NCBI RefSeq assembly: GCF_009914755.1
Contig: NC_060933.1
Source: the human T2T-CHM13v2.0 reference genome, Homo sapiens
Strand: one strand, 5' to 3'
DNA length: 64,000 bases
A program made the position numbers and the translations under genes. Shown piece after piece: positions 58,501-64,000 of this stretch. A model generated the notes under the pieces. It worked only from the letters and a program-made list of their open reading frames with translations, had not been told where the DNA came from and searched no databases. The first letter of the stretch is position 1. Every line of letters starts with the position of its first letter.

Positions 58501-61500
58501 ATGGCATGGATTGGAATGGAATGGAATGGAATCAACCCGAGTACAGGGGAATGGAATGGAATGGAATGCAATGGAATGGAATCATCAGTAATGGAATGGA
58601 AAGGAATGGAAAGGACTGGAATGGAATGGAATGGAATGGAATGGAATGGAATCAACTCGATTGCAATCGAATGGAATGGAATGGAATTAACCCGAATAGA
58701 ATGGAATGGAATGGAATGTAACGGAACGGAATGGAATGGAATGGAACGGAAAGGAATGGAATGGAATGGAATGGAACGGAATGGAATGGAATGGATTCAA
58801 CGCGAGTGCAGGGGAATGGAATGGAATCGAATGGAATGGAAAGGAATGGAATGGAATCAACCCGAGTGCAATGGAATGGAGTGGAATGGAAAGGAATGGA
58901 ATGGAACAACCCGAATGGAATGGAATGTAATGGAGAGTAAGGGAGTTGAAAAGAATCAATCCGAATGTAATGGAATGGAATGGAACGTAATGGAATGGAA
59001 TGGAATGGAATAGAATGCAATGGAAAGGAATCAACCCGAGTACAATGGAATGGAATGGAATGGAATGGAATGGAATGGAATGGAATGGAATGGAATGCAA
59101 TGGAATGGAATCTTCCGGAATGGAATGGAATGGAATGGAATAGAATGGAATGGAATTAAAACGAATAGAATGGAATGGAATGGAATGGAACGGAACAGAA
59201 CGGAACGGAACGGAACTGAGTGGAATTGAATGGAATGGAATTGTATGGAATGGAATGGAATGGTACGGAATAGAATGGAATGGAAAGAATTGGAATGGAA
59301 TGGAATCGAACGGAATGGAATGGAATGGAATGGAATGGAATGGAATCAACCCGAGCGCAATGGAATGGAGTGGAATGGAATGGAATGGAATGGAACAACC
59401 CGAATGGAATGGAATGTAATGGAGAGTAAGGGAGTTGAATAGAATCAATCCGAATGTAATGGAATGGAACGGAACGGAATGGAATGGAATGGAATGGAAT
59501 GGAATGGAATGGAATGCAATGGAATGGAATCAACCCGAGTACAATGGAACGGAATGGAATGCAATGTAATGTAATGTAATGGAATGGAATGGAATGGAAT
59601 GGAATCAACCCGAGTGCAATGGAATGGAGAGGAATGGAATGGAATGGAATGGAAACTACCTGAATGGAATGGAATGTAATGGAGTGCAAGGGAATTGAAT
59701 AGAATCAATCCGAATGGAATGGAACGGAATGGAATGGAATCAACCCGAGTGCAGGGGAATGGAATGGAATGGAATGCAATGGAATGGAATCATCCGGAAT
59801 GGAATGGAATGGAATGCAATGGAATGGAATGGAATGGAATCAACCCGAGTGCAATGGAATGGAGTGAAATGGAATGGAATGGAATGGAGACAACCAGAAT
59901 GGATTGGAATATAATGGAGTGTAAGGGAATTGAATAGAATAAATCTGAATGTAATGAAATGGAATGGAACGGAATGGAATGGAATGGAATGGAATGGAAT
60001 GCAATGGAATGGAATCAACCCGAGTGCAATCGAATGGAATCGAATGGAATGGAATGCAATGGAATGGATTCAACTTGAATGGAATGGAAAGAATGGAATC
60101 AACACGAGTGGAATGGCATGGATTGGAATGGAATGGAATGGAATCAACCAGAGTATAGGGGAATGGAATGGAATGGAATGCAATGGAATGGAATCATCCG
60201 TAATGGAATGGAAAGGAATGGAATCGAATGGAATGGAATGGAATGGAATGGAATGGAATCAACTCGATTGCAATCGAATGGAATGGAATGGAATTAACCC
60301 GAATAGAATGGAATGGAATGGAATGGAACGGAACGGAATGGAATGGAATGGAATGGAATGGAATGGAACGGAAAGGAAGGGAATGGAATGGAATAGAATG
60401 GAATGGAATGGAATCAACGCGAGTGCAGGGGAATGGAATGGAATGGAATGCAATGGAATGGAATCTTCCGGAATGGAATGGAATGGAATGGAATCAACCC
60501 GAGTGCAATGGAATGGAGTGGAATGGAATGGAATGGAATGGAACAACCCGAATTGAATGGAATATAATGGAGAGTAAGGGAGTTGAATAGAATCAATCCG
60601 AATGTAATGGAATGGAATGGAACGGAATGGATTTGAATGGAATGGAATGGAATGCAATGGAATGGAATCAACCCGAGTGCAATGGAATGGAGAGGAATGG
60701 AATGGAATGGAATGGAAACTACCCGAATGGAATGGAATGTAATGGAGTGTAAAGGAATTGAATAGAATCAATCCGAATGTAATGGAATGGAATGGAACGG
60801 AATGGAATGGAATGGAATGGAATGCAATGGAATGGAATCAACCCGAGTGCAATCGAATGGAATCGAATGGAATGGAATGCAATGGAATGGATTCAACTTC
60901 AATGGAATGGAAAGAATGGAATCAACACGAGTGGAATGGCATGGATTGGAATGGAATGGAATGGAATCAACCCGAGTACAGGAGAATGGAATGGAATGGA
61001 ATGCAATGGAATGGAATCATCCGTAATGGAATAGAATGGAATGCAAAGGAATGGAATGGAATGGAATCAACCCGAGTGCAATGGAATGGAGTGAAATGGA
61101 ATGGAATGGAATGGAAACTACCCGAATGGAATGGAATATAATGGAGTGTAAGGGAATTGAAAAGAATCAATCTGAATGTAATGAAATGGAATGGAACGGA
61201 ATGGAATGGAATGGAATGAAATGGAATGCAATGGAATGGAATCAACCCGAGTGCAATCGAATGGAATCGAATGCAATGGAATGCAAAGGAATGGATTCAA
61301 GTTGAATGGAAAGGAAAGAATGGAATCAACACGAGTGGAATAGCATGGATTGGAATGGAATGGAATGGAATCAACCCGAGTACAGGGGAATGGAATGGAA
61401 TGGAATGCAATGGAATGGAATCATCAGTAATGGAATGGAAAGGAATGGAAAGGACTGGAATGGAATGGAATGGAATGGAATGGAATCAACTCGATTGCAA

Positions 61501-64000
61501 TCGAATGGAATGGAATGGAATTAACCCGAATAGAATGGAATGGAATGTAATGGAACGGAACGGAATGGAATGGAATGGAATGGAATGGAACGGAAAGGAA
61601 TGGAATGGAATGGAATGGAATGGAATGGAATGGAATGGAATCAACGCGAGTGCAGGGGAATGGAATGGAATCGAATGGAATGGAAAGGAATGGAATGGAA
61701 TCAACCCAAGTGCAGGGGAATGTAATGGAACGGAATGCAATGGAATGGAATCATCCGGAATGGAATGGAATGGAATGGAATGGAATCAACCCGAATGCAA
61801 TGGAATGGAGTGGAATGGAATGGAATGGAATGGAATGGAACAACCCGAATGGAATGGAATGTAATGGAGAGTAAGGGAGTTGAAAAGAATCAATCCGAAT
61901 GTAATGGAATGGAATGGAACGGAATGGAATGGAATGGAATGGAATGGAATAGAATGGAATGGAATGCAATGGAATGGAATCAACCCGAGTACAATGGAAT
62001 GGAATGGAATGGAATGCAATGGAATGGAATCTTCCGGAATGGAATGGAATGGAATGGAATGGAATGGAATGCAATGGATTCAACTCGATTGCAATGGAAT
62101 GGAATAGAATGGAATGGAATGGAATGGAATTAAACCGAATAGAATGGAATGGAATGGAATGGAACGGAACAGAACGGAACGGAACGGAACGGAGTGGAAT
62201 GGAATGGAATGGAATTGTATGGAATGGAATGGAATGGTACGGAATAGAATGGAATGGAAAGAAATGGAATGGAATGGAATGGAATGCCTTCAAACCGAAT
62301 GGAATGGAAAGGAATGGAATCAACACGAGTGGAATGGAATGGAATGGAATGGAATGGAATGGAATGGAATGGAATGGAATGATACGGAATAGAATGGAAT
62401 GGAACGAAATGGAATGTAATGTAATGGAATGGAATGGAATGGAATGGAATGGAATGGAATGGAATCGTTCCGAGTGGAATAGGAGGGAATGTATTCGAGT
62501 GGAATGGAAAGGAATGGAATCAACCAGAGTGGAATGGAAGGGAATGGAATGGAATGGAAACTAATAGAATGGAATCAACCCGAGTGGAATGGAATGGAAT
62601 GGAATGGAATGGAATGGAATGGAATGGAATGGAATTAATCCGAATAGAATGGAATGGAATGGAATGGAACGGAATGGAAAGGAATGGAATGGAATGGAAT
62701 GGAATGGAATGGAATGGAATCAACGTGAGTGCAGGGGAATGTAATGGAATCGAATGGAATGGAATGGAATGGAATGGAATCAACCCGAGTGCAGGGGTAT
62801 GTAATGGAACGGAATGCAATGGAATGGAATCATCCGGAATGGAATGGAATGGAATGGAATGGAATCAACCCGAGGGCAATGTAATGTAATGGAGAGTAAG
62901 GGAGTTGAAAAGAATCAATCCGAATGTAATGGAATGGAATGGAACGGAATGGAATGGAATGGAATGGAATGGAATGGAATGGAATGCAATGGAATGGAAT
63001 CAACCCGAGTACAATGGAATGGAATGGAATGGAATGGAATGGAATGGAATGGAATGGAATGGAATGAAATGGAATCAACGCGAGTGCAGGGGAATGGAAT
63101 GGAATGGAATGCAATGGAATGGAATCTTCTGGAATGGAATGGAATGGAATGGAATGGAAAGAAATGCAATGGATTCAACTCGATTGCAACGGAATGGAAT
63201 AGAATGGAATGGAAAAGAATGGAATGGAATTAATCCGAATAGAATGGAATGGAATGGAATGGAACGGAATGGAACGGAATGGAATGGAATGGAATGTAAT
63301 GGAATGGTATGGAATGGAATGGAATGGAATGGAATGCAATGGAATGGAATCAACCCGAGTACAATGGAATGGAATGGAATGGAATGGAGTGGAATGGAAT
63401 GGAATGGAATGGAATGGAATGGAATGGAATGGAATGCAATGGATTCAACTCGATTGCAATGGAATGGAATAGAATGGAATGGAATGGAATGGAATCTAAT
63501 GGAATTAAACCGAATAGAATGGAATGGAATGGAATGGAACGGAACAGAACGGAACGGAACGGAACGGAGTGGCATGGAATGGAATGGAATTGTATGGAAT
63601 GGAATGGAATGGTACGGAATAGAATGGAATGGAAAGAATAGGAATGGAATGGAATCGAATGGAATGGAATGGAATGGAATGGAATCAACCCGAGTGCAGG
63701 GGAATGTAATGGAACGGAATGCAATGGAATGGAATCATCCGGAATGGAATGGAATGGAATGGAATGGAATGGAATGGAATGGAATCAACCCGAGTGCAAT
63801 GGAATGGAGTGGAATGGAATGGAATGGAATGGAACAACACGAATGGAATGGAATGTAATGGAGAGTAAGGGAGTTGAATAGAATCAATCCGAATGTAATG
63901 GAATGGAACGGAATGGAATGAAATAGAATGGAATGGAATGGAATGGAATGCAATGGAATGGAATCAACCCGAGTACAATGGAACGGAATGTAATGTAATG
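52550..64000 (+). repeat. Diverged HSat3 with no exact local period; mosaic of blocks homologous to earlier parts of the window
   Basis: More private substitutions and no constant ORF offset. Blocks match ~7740-9030 (59500-60790), ~1880-2700 (55220-56050), ~16680-17280 (62280-62900) and ~44076-44240 (63076-63240). Confidence 0.75.

Larger units (their letters stand above)
1..64000 (+). repeat. Satellite III (HSat3, (GGAAT)n / (CATTC)n) array, G-rich strand on +
   Basis: GGAAT pentamers run continuously from end to end, with the diagnostic CAACCCGAGT decamer and its variants (CAACGCGAGT, CAACTCGATT, CAACACGAGT, TAACCCGAAT) every ~50-150 bp. No strand switch and no non-satellite insertion were seen. 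Long pure GGAAT runs plus CAACCCGAGT fit HSat3 rather than HSat2. Confidence 0.97.

Noticed and set aside
67-63953. Hundreds of ORFs up to 392 aa encoding (MEWNG)n on + and (IPFHS)n on -
   Set aside because: Three GGAAT pentamers translate to MEWNG in every + frame and IPFHS in every - frame with no stop codon. The ORFs overlap in all six frames, are broken by pentamer indels between near-identical copies, and show no domain.
1-64000. CRISPR-like alternation of conserved words and variable spacers
   Set aside because: The spacers are just GGAAT runs, not unique sequence. There are no cas genes or leader, and the DNA is primate satellite.
1-64000. Possible mobile-element insertion or inversion within the array
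   Set aside because: No Alu, L1 or LTR sequence, poly-A tail, target-site duplication or CATTC-oriented segment was seen.
1-64000. HSat2, alpha satellite, telomeric repeat or EWS-FLI1-type GGAA microsatellite
   Set aside because: The window lacks the HSat2 GAATCATC(GAAT)-dominated 23/26-bp pattern, the 171-bp alphoid monomer and CENP-B box, and TTAGGG arrays. The period is 5, not the GGAA tetramer.
1-64000. Assignment to a specific chromosome or HSat3 subfamily
   Set aside because: This needs subfamily-specific k-mer classification or alignment to a T2T assembly and cannot be supported by eye.

Overview
The whole 64-kb window is one uninterrupted, single-orientation block of (GGAAT)n satellite. 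It is punctuated by the CAACCCGAGT decamer and related diverged pentamer words, which identifies it as classical human/great-ape Satellite III (HSat3) pericentromeric heterochromatin. There is no credible gene, RNA gene, transposon or CRISPR array. All listed ORFs (MEWNG/IPFHS repeats) arise because (GGAAT)n has no stop codon in any frame. The real content is the repeat architecture: (i) the right end of a near-identical ~8.13-kb tandem unit (1-15010); (ii) a diverged ~1.7-kb dimer (~14500-17790); (iii) a young ~4.19-kb higher-order-repeat array of seven units (17695-44075), two of them truncated at nearly the same internal site; (iv) older 2.04-kb and 2.87-kb-spaced duplications (44250-52550); and (v) a diverged mosaic tail that reuses blocks from the rest of the window. 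A recurring word, GGAAT-CTTCC-GGAAT, is a perfect three-unit heat-shock element, and its density differs between the repeat domains. I found no new protein-coding system. Chromosome and subfamily cannot be assigned by eye. Coordinates come from manual comparison and ORF-track offsets, and breakpoints that fall inside pure GGAAT runs are approximate.
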